From positions 6,272,001 through 6,336,000 of the forward strand of contig OZ253462.1 in NCBI GenBank assembly GCA_965261395.1: a stretch of DNA of 64,000 nt, read 5' to 3'. How positions within the stretch are numbered: the stretch's first letter is position 1; each line of letters begins with the position of its first letter. This stretch comes from Candidatus Latescibacterota bacterium. Its GTDB lineage: Bacteria; Latescibacterota; UBA2968; UBA8231. This document shows positions 7,872 to 19,100 of this stretch, one piece after another. Made by a program: the position numbers and the translations under genes. The notes below the pieces were generated by a model. It saw only the letters and a program-made list of their open reading frames with translations, did no database searches and was not told the DNA's origin.

Positions 7872-10283
7872 ATGAAAACCCTCATTTTTTGGTTCTCCTT
7901 TCTGTCGTTGCTCAGTCTCATCTACTCGCCGCTAGCCGTCGCCCATGAGTCGCCTTCGTCAGCCGATAGCGTGCATTCCCGCGAGCATCGCCCTGCGGCC
8001 AAGCGGCTGGCGGATCTGAACGTGAGCGAATCCCGCACCGTGCGGCTGATTTACTTTTTGCCCAATGACCGTCCGTTTCGCGTCGAGGTAGTTGATGCAA
8101 TGAAAGCTGTGATTCGCCACGTTCAGACCTTCTATGCCGAGCAGATGCAGGTGCATGGCTACGGCGACGGAACCTTCCGCTTTGAAACTGACGAACAGGG
8201 TGAACCGCTGGTGCATCGCGTGGATGGTCAACACCCTGATAAGCACTATCTCGACGATACGAATGGTACTGTGTTTGAGGAGATTGGACAGGTGTTTGAT
8301 CTCCGTGCGAACATTTACTTCATCGTCGTTGACAATAGTACAGATCTTACTAATAGACAGGCGGCAGGTAACGGAGGCAGGTATGAGAAAAATAGTGGAT
8401 ATGCCTTTTATACAGGCGGATCAATGCTTGCTGCCAGAAAATCTGCCAGCAGATCGCTGTATGCTGGCGAATATTCCTTTTACGTGGCTCTCCATGAACT
8501 TGGCCACGCCTTCGGACTGCATCACGATTTCAGGGATGGTGCGTACATCATGTCGTATGGCCCACCAGGATGGAATCGGTTGTCTGCGTGCCATGCCGAA
8601 TATCTGGCTGTGCATCCCTACTTTAATCCCGATACCCCAATTCAGGAGACATCACCGCCCACTACCGAACTCATTTCGCCACACGCATCCGGCAGGGGAA
8701 CAAGCGCCTCCGTCCAGCTTAAAGTCAGAGATTCTGAAGGGGTTCATCAGGTGCTCCTCACTAATAGCGGCAGCACTAGGAGAGCATGTCGTGGATTGAC
8801 GGGTGAAAAAGATGCCGTCGTTGAATTCTATTATTACGACGTTATTCCACCTGATGGCGTTACGAGTCTTCCCAACCCCGCTGCACATCGGATTGCGGTA
8901 CATGCCGTTGATCTGGGTGGGAATGTGAGGAAGGCGTCTTTTGTTCTTGATGTGTCTAAGTGGCCGCGCCCCCAGCCTCAAATGCTAGAGAAAATCTCCG
9001 GCGATGAGCAGCAGGGACCGGCTGGCGTTCAACTGGACGAGCCGTTCGTGGTTTCGGTGCTGGATCAAAACGGCTCGGCGATTGCCGGGGGGGCTGTCGT
9101 CACCTTTTCGGTCATCGCCGGTGGGGGGACGCTCTCGGTTGAGACCGCCACCGCCGATGCTAGCGGCCAAGCCGCTACTAGGCTGACGCTGGGCAGGGAT
9201 CCGGGACCGAACACCATTGAGGTCACCGTCGCGGGGTTTGAACCGGTGACCTTTACGGCTACCGCCATCGAGCAGGAGATCACCGTCGTTGATCAGGCGA
9301 TGCCCCAGACCTTGACGAAGGTCTCCGGCGATAGCCAAGAAGGCCCGGCCAGCACGCAACTAGCCGCGCCGTTTGTCGTTTCGGTGTTGGATCAAGCTGG
9401 CTCACCCCTTGCCGGGGTGTCCGTCACCTTTTCGGTGACCGCAGGCGGCGGGCTGCTGTCGTCCACCACCGATACCAACCCTTGTACTGTTGAGCCATCT
9501 ACGTCGTCGACCACGGCTACCACCGATGCCAACGGCCAAGCTGCTACTAGGCTGACGCTGGGCAGCGACGCGGGGACGAACACGGTTTCGGCCACGGTTG
9601 CGGGGCTTGAACCGGTGACCTTTACCGCTACCGCCGCCGAGCAAGCAATGCCCCACAGTCTGACGAAGGTCTGTGGCGAGGACCAAGAAGGCACGGCCGA
9701 CATACTACTGGATGAGCCGTTTGTGGTTTTAGTGTCGGATGAAGATGGTGCGGCGATAGCCGGGGTGGTCGTATCGTTTTCGGTGACTGCTGGCGGGGGG
9801 ACGCTCTCGGCGGCCACGGCTACCACCGATGCCAACGGCCAAGCTGCTACTAGGCTGACGCTGGGCAGCGATGCGGGGACCAACACGGTTTCGGCCACGG
9901 TTGAGGGGCTGGAGTCGGGGACCTTCACCGCTACCGGGCAAGAGTCGCCCTTGGTTAGTCTCTTCGACGCTTTTTTGGGGGGTGGCAAGCGGGTGGCTCT
10001 GCCCGACAGCCCGCAGTTGGCGCAAAACGCGCCTAATCCGTTCAACAGCCAGACAGTTCTTGCCTACTTCTTGCACGCGCCTGGTCCGGCGCGCCTAGAA
10101 GTGTTCGCGTTGACGGGTCAACGGGTGGCGGTCCTCCACCAAGGGCCGCAGCAGGCCGGCTACCACCGGCTCCGTTGGAATGGTCGCGACGACGCGGGTC
10201 GCCCCGTGGCCAGCGGCATGTACCTGTATAGGCTAGTGACCGACGAAGTCGTTCTGGCACGCAAGCTCGTGCTGCTGCGGTAG
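7872..10283 (+). CDS. secreted zinc metallopeptidase + Big_1 Ig-like repeats + FlgD-Ig/T9SS-like C-terminal domain
   Basis: Signal peptide, [12 protein letters not shown] plus IMSY Met-turn, three Big_1-like repeats, QNAPNPFN tail; AGGAGG RBS. Confidence 0.85.
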   Translation: MKTLIFWFSFLSLLSLIYSPLAVAHESPSSADSVHSREHRPAAKRLADLNVSESRTVRLIYFLPNDRPFRVEVVDAMKAVIRHVQTFYAEQMQVHGYGDGTFRFETDEQGEPLVHRVDGQHPDKHYLDDTNGTVFEEIGQVFDLRANIYFIVVDNSTDLTNRQAAGNGGRYEKNSGYAFYTGGSMLAARKSASRSLYAGEYSFYVALHELGHAFGLHHDFRDGAYIMSYGPPGWNRLSACHAEYLAVHPYFNPDTPIQETSPPTTELISPHASGRGTSASVQLKVRDSEGVHQVLLTNSGSTRRACRGLTGEKDAVVEFYYYDVIPPDGVTSLPNPAAHRIAVHAVDLGGNVRKASFVLDVSKWPRPQPQMLEKISGDEQQGPAGVQLDEPFVVSVLDQNGSAIAGGAVVTFSVIAGGGTLSVETATADASGQAATRLTLGRDPGPNTIEVTVAGFEPVTFTATAIEQEITVVDQAMPQTLTKVSGDSQEGPASTQLAAPFVVSVLDQAGSPLAGVSVTFSVTAGGGLLSSTTDTNPCTVEPSTSSTTATTDANGQAATRLTLGSDAGTNTVSATVAGLEPVTFTATAAEQAMPHSLTKVCGEDQEGTADILLDEPFVVLVSDEDGAAIAGVVVSFSVTAGGGTLSAATATTDANGQAATRLTLGSDAGTNTVSATVEGLESGTFTATGQESPLVSLFDAFLGGGKRVALPDSPQLAQNAPNPFNSQTVLAYFLHAPGPARLEVFALTGQRVAVLHQGPQQAGYHRLRWNGRDDAGRPVASGMYLYRLVTDEVVLARKLVLLR

Positions 10284-10463
10284 CTTGATAGCTTCTACGG
10301 GGGACCGCGCCCAAAGTCAGCCGAGGAGGGCCTCGATGGAATGGGGTTGCACAGGCTGGGTAAACTTGGGGCACTGCAATGAACGATGACCGAAAAAGTG
10401 TTTCACCTTTGAGAGGGGTTCTATGTTTTCTGCATCGAATGCAATAAAAGGAGTCTATCTCAA

Positions 10464-13400
10464 ATGAAAAAGACCTTGCTGGCCAGCATTGCCTTGTTGG
10501 CCAGCGTCCTGTTTGTGCCGGCCATTCACGCCCAAGACGAGCCACTTACCCGCTTGAATTTGCCCGAAGGTGCGCTCGCCCGCTTGGGCAAAGGCCGCAT
10601 CGGTTCGGGCGACCGGGCGGTGACCCATTCGCCGGACGGTACGCGGCTGGCGGTGGCCGGCGGGATTGGTATCTGGCTCTACGATGCGCACACCGGCGAC
10701 GAAGTCGCCCTGCTTACGGGACATACGGATAGGGTCACTTCGGTGTCGTTTTCGCCGGATGGGACGACCATAGCCAGCGGCAGTGCGGACGAGACAGTAC
10801 GGTTGTGGGAGGTGGCCAGCGGCCAAGAAAAGGCGACTCTCGCAGGGCATACGTCTTCGGTTACTTCGGTGTCGTTTTCGCCGGATGGGACGATCTTGGC
10901 CAGTGGCAGTGCGGACGAGACAGTACGGTTGTGGGAGGTGGCCAGCGGCCACGAAAAGGCGACTCTCGCAGGGCATACGTCTTCGGTCGCTTCGGTGTCG
11001 TTTTCGCCGGATGGGACGACCTTAGCCAGTGGCAGTGCGGACGGCACGGTACGGTTGTGGGAGGTGGCCAGCGGCCACGAAAAGGCCATCCTGAGAGGGC
11101 ATACGGATGATGTCGCTTCGGTATCGTTTTCGCCGGATGGGACGATCTTGGCCAGTGGCAGTAGGGACTGGACGGTACGGTTGTGGGAGGTGGCCAGCGG
11201 CCAAGAAAAGATCACCCTTGCAGGGCATACGTATTGGGTCTATTCGGTATCGTTTTCGCCGGATGGGACGACCTTGGCCAGTGGCGGTGGGGACGAGACG
11301 GTACGGTTGTGGGAGGTGGCCAGCGGCCAAGAAAAAGCTACCCTGAGAGGGCATACGTGGGCTGTCCTTTCGGTGTCGTTTTCACCGAATGGGACGACCT
11401 TAGCCAGTGGTAGTTTGGATGGCACGGTACGGTTGTGGGAGGTGGCCAGCGGCCAAGAAAAGGCGACTCTCGCAGGGCATACATATTGGGTCTATTCGGT
11501 GTCATTTTCACCAGATGGGACTATCTTGGCCAGTGGCAATGGGAACCGGACGGTGCGATTGTGGGAGGTGGCCAGCGGCCAAGAAACAGCCACCCTCGCA
11601 GGGCATACGTCTTCGGTTACTTCGGTGTCGTTTTCACCGGATGGGACTATCTTGGCCAGTGGCGGTGCGGATGGGACGGTGCGATTGTGGGAGGTGGCCA
11701 ACGGCCAAGAAACAGCCGCCCTCGCAGGGCATACGTCTTCGGTTACTTCGGTGTCGTTTTCACCGGATGGGTTCACCTTAGCCAGCGGCGGTGCGGATGG
11801 CACGGTACGGTTGTGGGAGGTGGCCAGCGGCCAAGGAAAGGCCATCCTCGCAGGGCATACGGATGGGGTCTCTTCGGTATTGTTTTCGCCGGATGGAGCT
11901 GCCTTGGCCAGCGGCAGTGCGGACGGCACGATCCTGCTGTGGGAAGTGGCCAGCGGCCACGAAACAGCCACCCTCGCAGGGCATACGGATGGAGTCCTTT
12001 CGGTATCGTTTTCGCCGGATGGGTTCACTTTAGCCAGTGGTAGTGCGGACGGCACGATACGATTGTGGGAGGTGGCCAGCGGCCACGAAACAGCCACCCT
12101 CGAAGGGCATACGTCTTCGGTTACTTCGGTATCGTTTTCGCCGGATGGGTTCACTTTAGCCAGTGGTAGTGCGGATGGGACAGCGCGGTTGTGGGAGGTG
12201 GCCAGCGGCCACGAAACAGCCACCCTCGAAGGGCATACGTCTTGGATCTATTCGGTATCGTTTTCGCCGGATGGGACGACCTTAGCCAGTGGCAGTGCGG
12301 ACGGCACGATCCTGCTGTGGGACATGGAACCCTACATCATTTATACCCGCTTGAATTTGCTCGAAGGTGCGCTCGCCCGCTTGGGCAAAGGCCGCATGGG
12401 TTCGGGCGACCGGGCGGTGACCTATTCGCCGGACGGTACGCATCTGGCGGTGGCCAGCGGGATTGGTATCTGGCTCTACGATGCACACACCGGCGACGAA
12501 GTTTCCCTGCTTACGGGACATACGTGGGCTGATGTCCTTGCGGTATCGTTTTCGCCGGATGGGGCTACCTTGGCCAGTGGCAGCGATGACGAGACGGTAC
12601 GGTTGTGGGAAGTGTCTACCGGCCAAGAAACAGCCACTCTCGAAGGGCATACGGATAGGGTTTATTCGGTATCGTTTTCGCCGGATGGGACGGCCTTAGC
12701 CAGTGGCAGTGCGGATGGCACGGTACGGTTGTGGGAGGTGGCCAGCGGTCAAGAAAAGGCCATCCTGAGAGGGCATACGGATGGGGTTTATTCGGTATCG
12801 TTTTCGCCGGATGGGACGACCTTAGCCAGCGGTAGTAGGGACCGGACGGTACGATTGTGGGAGGTGGCCAGCGGCCAAGAAAAGGCTACCCTCGAAGGGC
12901 ATACGTCTTCGGTCACTTCGGTATCGTTTTCGCCGGATGGGACGACCTTAGCCAGTGGCAGTTGGGACGCCACGGTACGATTGTGGGAGGTGGCCAGCGG
13001 TCAAGAAAAGACTACCCTCGAAGGGCATACGTCTTGGGTTTATTCGGTATTGTTTTCGCCGGATGGGACGACCGTAGCCAGCGGCAGTGAGGACGGCACG
13101 ATACGATTGTGGGAAGTGGCCACCAGTCAAGAAAAAGCCAGCCTCAAAGGGCATACGGATAGGGTTTATTCGGTGTCGTTTTCGCCGGATGGGACGACCG
13201 TAGCCAGTGGTAGTAGGGACGGCACGCTACGGTTGTGGGAGGTGGCCAGCGGCCACGAAAAGGTCAGCCTCAAAGGGCATACGTCTTGGATCTCTGCGGT
13301 ATTGTTTTCGCCGGATGGGGCGATCTTAGCCAGTGGTAGTGCGGACGGCACAGTGCGGTTGTGGGAGGTGGCCAGCCGCCAAGAAAAGGCTACTCTGAGA

Positions 13401-15260
13401 GGGCATACATCTTGGGTCACTTCGGTATCGTTTTCGCCGGATGGGGCTACCCTGGCCAGCGGCAGTGAGGACGGCACGCTACGATTGTGGGAGGTGGCCA
13501 GCGGCCTAGAAAAAGCCACTCTTGAAGGGCATACGGATGGAGTCCTTTCGGTATTGTTTTCGCCGGATGGGGCTACCCTGGCCAGCGGCAGTGCAGACGG
13601 CACGCTACGATTGTGGGAGGTGGCCAGCGGCCTAGAAAAAGCCACTCTTGAAGGGCATACGGATGGAGTCCTTTCGGTATCGTTTTCGCCGAATGGGGCT
13701 ACCCTGGCCAGTGGCAGTAGGGATGGGACGGTACGGTTGTGGGAAGTGGCTAGCGGCCAAGAGAAGGCTACCCTGAGAGGGCATCTGTCTTGGGTTTTTT
13801 CGGTATTGTTTTCGCCGGATGGGACGACCTTGGCCAGTGGCAGTGCGGATGGGACGGTACGATTGTGGGAGGTGGCCAGCGGCCTAGAAAAAGCCATCCT
13901 GAGAGGGCAAACGTCTTGGGTCCATTCGGTATCGTTTTCACCGGATGGGACTGCCTTGGCCAGTGGCAATGGGGACGGTACGATCCTGTTGTGGGACATG
14001 GCACCCTACATTACTCACACCCGCTTGAATTTGCCTGAAGGTGCGCTCGCCCGCTTGGGCAAAGGCCGCATCGGTTCGGGCGACCGGGCGGTGACCTATT
14101 CGCCGGACGGCACGCGGCTGGCAGTGGCCGACGAGACTGGTATCTGGCTCTACGATGCGCACACCGGCGACAAAGTCGCCCTGCTCACGGGGCATACGGA
14201 CGGGGTTTATTCGGTGTCGTTTTCGTCGGACGGGACGACCTTGGCCAGTGGTAGTGATGATGGCACGGTACGGTTGTGGGAAGTGGCCAGCGGCCAAGAA
14301 ACAGCCACCCTGAGAGGGTCAGATAGGGTTTATTCGGTGTCGTTTTCGCCGGATGGAACTACCTTGGCCAGTGGTAGTGATGATGGCACGGTACGGTTAT
14401 GGGAGGTGGCCAGCGGCCAAGAAACAGCCACCCTGAGAGGACATACGTGGCCTGTCCGTTCGGTGTCGTTTTCGCCGGATGGAACTACCTTGGCCAGTGG
14501 CAGTGTGGACCGGACGGTACGGTTGTGGGAGGTGGCCAGCCGCCAAGGAAAGGCCACCCTGAGAGGGCATACGGATGGGGTCTATTCGGTGTCGTTTTCG
14601 CCGGATGGGTTCACTTTAGCCAGTGGCAGTTGGGACGGCACCGTACGGTTGTGGGAAGTGGCTAGCCGCCAAGAAAAGGCTACCCTCGAAGGACATACGT
14701 CTTCGGTCTATTCGGTATCGTTTTCGCCGAATGGGAGGACCTTAGCTAGTGGCAGTTGGGACGGCACGGTACGGTTGTGGGAGGTGATCAGCGGCCAAGA
14801 AAAGGCTACCCTGAGAGGGCATACGGATGGGGTCTATTCGGTATCGTTTTCGCCGGACGGGACGACCTTGGCCAGTGGTAGTGCGGACAGCACGATCCTG
14901 CTATGGGACATGGCACCCTACATCACCCCCTCGGCACCGAAGGCCACTTACGCTTCGCCGCTGCCGGCGCAGACGGCATTGCTGGCCAACTACCCCAACC
15001 CCTTCAACCCCGAAACCTGGATTCCCTTTCAACTGCACGCACCAGCGCCAGTGCGCCTGAGCATCTACGATGTCCGGGGGGCACTGGTGCGGGAAATCGA
15101 CCTAGGCCATCGGGCGGCGGGCCGGTACCTAACGAGCGCCGGTGCCGTCCATTGGGATGGCCGCGATCAGATGGGCCAGCGGGTCGCCAGCGGCGTGTAT
15201 CTGTATCGATTGCAGGCCGGCCCGATTGCTCAGGTGCGCAAGATGCTCCTCGTCAAATAA
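10464..15260 (+). CDS. secreted WD40 repeat protein (31 near-identical repeats in 3 modules) with FlgD-Ig/T9SS-like C-terminal domain
   Basis: Signal peptide; GHT..V.SVSFSPDG..LASGS.D.TVRLWEV 42-aa repeats; [12 protein letters not shown] tail. Confidence 0.95.
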   Translation: MKKTLLASIALLASVLFVPAIHAQDEPLTRLNLPEGALARLGKGRIGSGDRAVTHSPDGTRLAVAGGIGIWLYDAHTGDEVALLTGHTDRVTSVSFSPDGTTIASGSADETVRLWEVASGQEKATLAGHTSSVTSVSFSPDGTILASGSADETVRLWEVASGHEKATLAGHTSSVASVSFSPDGTTLASGSADGTVRLWEVASGHEKAILRGHTDDVASVSFSPDGTILASGSRDWTVRLWEVASGQEKITLAGHTYWVYSVSFSPDGTTLASGGGDETVRLWEVASGQEKATLRGHTWAVLSVSFSPNGTTLASGSLDGTVRLWEVASGQEKATLAGHTYWVYSVSFSPDGTILASGNGNRTVRLWEVASGQETATLAGHTSSVTSVSFSPDGTILASGGADGTVRLWEVANGQETAALAGHTSSVTSVSFSPDGFTLASGGADGTVRLWEVASGQGKAILAGHTDGVSSVLFSPDGAALASGSADGTILLWEVASGHETATLAGHTDGVLSVSFSPDGFTLASGSADGTIRLWEVASGHETATLEGHTSSVTSVSFSPDGFTLASGSADGTARLWEVASGHETATLEGHTSWIYSVSFSPDGTTLASGSADGTILLWDMEPYIIYTRLNLLEGALARLGKGRMGSGDRAVTYSPDGTHLAVASGIGIWLYDAHTGDEVSLLTGHTWADVLAVSFSPDGATLASGSDDETVRLWEVSTGQETATLEGHTDRVYSVSFSPDGTALASGSADGTVRLWEVASGQEKAILRGHTDGVYSVSFSPDGTTLASGSRDRTVRLWEVASGQEKATLEGHTSSVTSVSFSPDGTTLASGSWDATVRLWEVASGQEKTTLEGHTSWVYSVLFSPDGTTVASGSEDGTIRLWEVATSQEKASLKGHTDRVYSVSFSPDGTTVASGSRDGTLRLWEVASGHEKVSLKGHTSWISAVLFSPDGAILASGSADGTVRLWEVASRQEKATLRGHTSWVTSVSFSPDGATLASGSEDGTLRLWEVASGLEKATLEGHTDGVLSVLFSPDGATLASGSADGTLRLWEVASGLEKATLEGHTDGVLSVSFSPNGATLASGSRDGTVRLWEVASGQEKATLRGHLSWVFSVLFSPDGTTLASGSADGTVRLWEVASGLEKAILRGQTSWVHSVSFSPDGTALASGNGDGTILLWDMAPYITHTRLNLPEGALARLGKGRIGSGDRAVTYSPDGTRLAVADETGIWLYDAHTGDKVALLTGHTDGVYSVSFSSDGTTLASGSDDGTVRLWEVASGQETATLRGSDRVYSVSFSPDGTTLASGSDDGTVRLWEVASGQETATLRGHTWPVRSVSFSPDGTTLASGSVDRTVRLWEVASRQGKATLRGHTDGVYSVSFSPDGFTLASGSWDGTVRLWEVASRQEKATLEGHTSSVYSVSFSPNGRTLASGSWDGTVRLWEVISGQEKATLRGHTDGVYSVSFSPDGTTLASGSADSTILLWDMAPYITPSAPKATYASPLPAQTALLANYPNPFNPETWIPFQLHAPAPVRLSIYDVRGALVREIDLGHRAAGRYLTSAGAVHWDGRDQMGQRVASGVYLYRLQAGPIAQVRKMLLVK

Positions 15261-15358
15261 AGGCCGGCCGTGCCCGACATAAACACAAACTGCCCTGCAG
15301 GAACCTAAATCCATGAAAACCTCTTTAGCATCATGTATGACAAAGACAAGGAATATCA

Positions 15359-15835
15359 ATGATGGCAATCGTTCTATTATTTGCACTGGCGTCCAGTGCT
15401 TTTGCGGATGAATACACGCCGGTTGACTGGATCCAAGTAACTGAGGATGGAGGAATCGAAGTGAAGCTGGGTTTTTTCAGCCTCGGCACAGGAAATTCGG
15501 GGTGTTTAGAGATCGGAGATATGACCATTAATGACGTTATCTACTCTGTCGGCGCTAGCTGGTGGCAGATGCGCAAAGGAGAGGATTCCGAATGGATCGA
15601 TATTCCAGGAACAGAGCGCACCGGCGCAATCTGTGGCATTGGCATGACTCTGGATATGCCGGGCGAGTACCGACCGGTTGCGGAAGTCACAGTCGATGGC
15701 GTAATGAGGAAATACACGAGTGGGAACACCCTAGTAGTAGCTGGCGATCCCGAGTCAGCGGTCGAGGAGGCAGGAGACGAGTCAGCGGTCGAGGCCGTCA
15801 CTTGGGGATTCCTCAAATCGAGGGCGATGCGCTGA
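15359..15835 (+). CDS. small secreted protein with acidic linker and C-terminal AVEAVTWGFLK motif
   Basis: Signal peptide ASSAFA; homologous to 32520-32821. Confidence 0.75.
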   Translation: MMAIVLLFALASSAFADEYTPVDWIQVTEDGGIEVKLGFFSLGTGNSGCLEIGDMTINDVIYSVGASWWQMRKGEDSEWIDIPGTERTGAICGIGMTLDMPGEYRPVAEVTVDGVMRKYTSGNTLVVAGDPESAVEEAGDESAVEAVTWGFLKSRAMR

Positions 15836-15869
15836 CCTAGGCGACGACTTCGAGCACACTGCAGCAGGA

Positions 15870-16165
15870 CCTTAGCCGTGGATAGGAAGGTCGATATCAC
15901 CGGCCAGAAGAACATTTTTTTAAAGAGGGGTCAGGTGCTGTTTTGGAGCGGTTATACGATTCACCGCGGCCGCCAACCGGCGCACCTGTCCCAGCGGCTG
16001 AGCATGACGGGCGCGCTGATGATCTACCGGCCAGACGAGCCGCAGACAGAGGTGGACGAGCGCTTTCGCTGGAAGCTGGCCGCCAACGTGCGCGCTGCGC
16101 TGCCGCCGAAAGCCCAGCTTTACTACGACCGTTGGCGCGTTTTGCAGAAGACCTATGGACACTAA
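15870..16165 (+). pseudogene. orphan duplicate of PhyH 3' end (direct repeat copy A2)
   Basis: Matches 7387-7672; stop TAG replaced by TAT. Confidence 0.92.
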
Positions 16166-16185
16166 AAGAGTTTTAAAACAGTCTT

Positions 16186-19100
16186 TTAGGAACGTTTGAT
16201 ACCCAACTTGCTCATTTTGCTGTACAGCGTAGAAGATGGCACTCCCAGCAGAGCCGCCGCGCCTTGTGCCCCCTTGACCTGCCAGTTGGTGGCGGTGAGC
16301 ACTTCGAGAATATAGCGGCGTTCAAATTCAAGTAGAGGTACTATTTCGTGTTGAGGAACGGATGAAGCCTGTCCTTTAAGGCCGAGAACGGCGTTTATAA
16401 TATCAAAACCGTACTGCATGAGATCGGCCACTTCGATTTGCGACCCCTTGCACGCTATGACTACCCGCTGTATAAAATGCTCCAATTCCCGCACATTCCC
16501 TGGCCAATCATAAGCGTGCAGTATCTCCATAACCTCGGAACTCAAGGAGACGGGTTGCCTGCCCAAGTATGCTGCCACGCGATTCTTGCAAAACTCGACT
16601 AGGGCCGGTATATCCTCCTTGTGCTCGCGCAGGGGTGGGATGTAAAGCGGAAAAATTTGCAGGCGCAAATACAGATCCTCGCGAAAGTCACCGGTCTGTA
16701 CCATCTCCTTTAGGTCGCGACTGGTCGCGACCACCATGCGCGTTTGCGCTCTCAGCGTCTGGTTGCCGCCAACGCGCTCAAACGCGCGCGCTTCTAATAA
16801 GCGCAAGACCTTGTCCTGCATCTCCAAGGTCATCTCGCCGATTTCATCCAAAAACAGGGTGCCGTCTTTGGCCTGTTCCACCTTGCCTACTTCGCTGGTG
16901 GAAGGCTCGTCTTCGCGACCCAAGAGTTCTCTATCGCCCAACTCTTGGGACAAGGCCCCGCAGTTGACGTGTATAAAGGGGCCCTTGCTATAGGCACTCA
17001 ACGCGTGTAGTGCCCGCGCCGCCAACCCCTTACCCACACCCGTTTCGCCTAGCAGTAGTACGGCGAGATCGGAGGGTGCCACCTCCGTGAGTTTGGTTTG
17101 AAACTGACGCAAGGCCTCGCTCTGGCCGATCAGCACGGTCAGATCGGAGGGTGCCACCTCCGTGAGTTTGGTTTGAAACTGGCGCAGGGCCTCGCTCTGG
17201 CCGACAACTTTTTTGCCTCTATTGAGTGAGGCCGATAGGGTCTCGATATGCGCGTCTGGTTTTACCGCAAGCTGCGTCTGCGCCGTTTCTGAGTAATTGA
17301 GATCTCGATCTATCGCTCGGACTTGAAAGGTGTAGTCTCCCGGCGGCAGGTTTTGATAACAGGCCTGTAGCTCCCGAGTCGCGGGACCCCAGTCGGCGTC
17401 GTAGCCCTGCAAGCGGTACACATAGAGCATATCGCGGGGATGGGTGGAAAAACTTAGGCCCTTGTACTCGAAGACCACCGGCTGTCCCACCGTGGACAGG
17501 CAGACGTCCTCTGCGTTCCCATAGACCTGATCGGTGGTAACCCGGATGAGACGAATCAGGGGCGGCGTTTGCCGGGGTCGGTAGCGTATAATGGAACCCG
17601 CGACCGTGCCAAACCAGAAGGTTCCATCGCGATCTTCGAGTATTCGACAAACCGGTCCTATATGGGGTGACTTGATAGTCTGGAAAAGCCGACCATCGTA
17701 CTGAGCCACCGCCCTGTCGGTACCGATCCAGAGGTGTCCTCGCGCATCCTCAAACAAACAGTGGGTGCGGTTGCTCGGCAGACCGTCTTCGGTGGTGAAG
17801 GTGCGGAAGGTGCTGCCATCAAAGTGACTGAGACCGTTCGCAGTGGCGATCCACAGGTTCTCATCGCGGTCTAATAGCAGGTCGGTGATGTTGTTGTCTA
17901 GCAGCCCGTCTGCAATCCCATAAAATGTAAGGCCCTCTTTGGGATGCCAGCGAGCCAAGCCTGGGCCGCTATCTAGGCTATCGCTACTAGTCAAATGGAA
18001 ATAGATTTCGTTATTGCGCGTGGCAATCACCCTGCCAATGCGGCTGTACGGTATTTTTTTGTCATCCTCCACAAAAATGGTTTGGAGCTGCTTGCCCCGC
18101 TGGTAAACGATCTTTAGTGGGCTAGTATAAAGTCCGCTTATTGACTTATGGTCGTTTTCCCAATAGCCGAAAAGGAATTGTCCTTCCCGGTCTTGGGCGA
18201 TTGCGCTGACAGTTTTTCCGCTTAAGCATGCGATTGGTTCTCTTTTCTTTAGTCTCTGTCCGTCGTAGCGGAACAGGCCCCTGTAACCGCCAAACCACAG
18301 GTCCCCGTCAAGGTCCTCGTAGATGGCGAAACAGTTGCTGATGTCGTTGCCATGCTCGATCTCTACAAATACAAAGTGCTCGCCTTCGAGGCGGCCGACG
18401 CTTTTTGGGTCGGGTTGGAGATTGAGAGACGCATACCCTATCCATATATCGCCTTGCCGGTCTTGCACTATCTGTGAGACCTCGCCCGTGTTTTCGGGGC
18501 GCTTCGCACCGAAGTCGAAAACGCTGATACTATGCGCATCGTAAACCCCGACACCGCCCCACGTGGCGAACCAAAATCGATCCTCGCGATCGCGGAACAC
18601 GGCTTTGACTATGGGATGGGGCAGGCCATCGGTAGGCGCAAACCTGCTGAAGCCGTCACCGTCCTGGTAGAGCACCCCTTGCGAGGTGCAGAACCACGCC
18701 CGTCCCTCCCGGTCGCATTGAATCTTGCGGAGGCCGCCAACCAGATCTACCTGAATAGACTGAAAGGCACCATTCGCATAGCAGTAGAGTGTGTCTCGAT
18801 TGCGCGGCAGACCAATCCACACCTTGCCGGTATGATCCTGTCCCAAGACGTAGCTGATGTGGGCTTGGGGAAAACCATCTTCCTCTTCATAGCGGTGGAA
18901 GGACTCGCCGTCGAAGCGGATGAGATAGTCAAATCCAAACCACAGATGGCCGGCGGGATCTTGGGCAATGCCCCGACATTGGTTGGGCCACTGAGGCGAA
19001 GGAGGCTGCTGGTAGTGCTGCAGGTAGAGCGGGATCAAGTCGTGGAAAGCCGTGCCGTCGTAATATCCCAAGGTACCCTCGCCACCACACCATATACGGC

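Noticed and set aside
10700-14910. Regular 126-bp repeats as a CRISPR array
   Set aside because: In-frame coding WD40 repeats without unique spacers; no cas genes.
7674-15869. Prophage or ICE
   Set aside because: No integrase, phage or conjugation genes within any repeat-flanked block.
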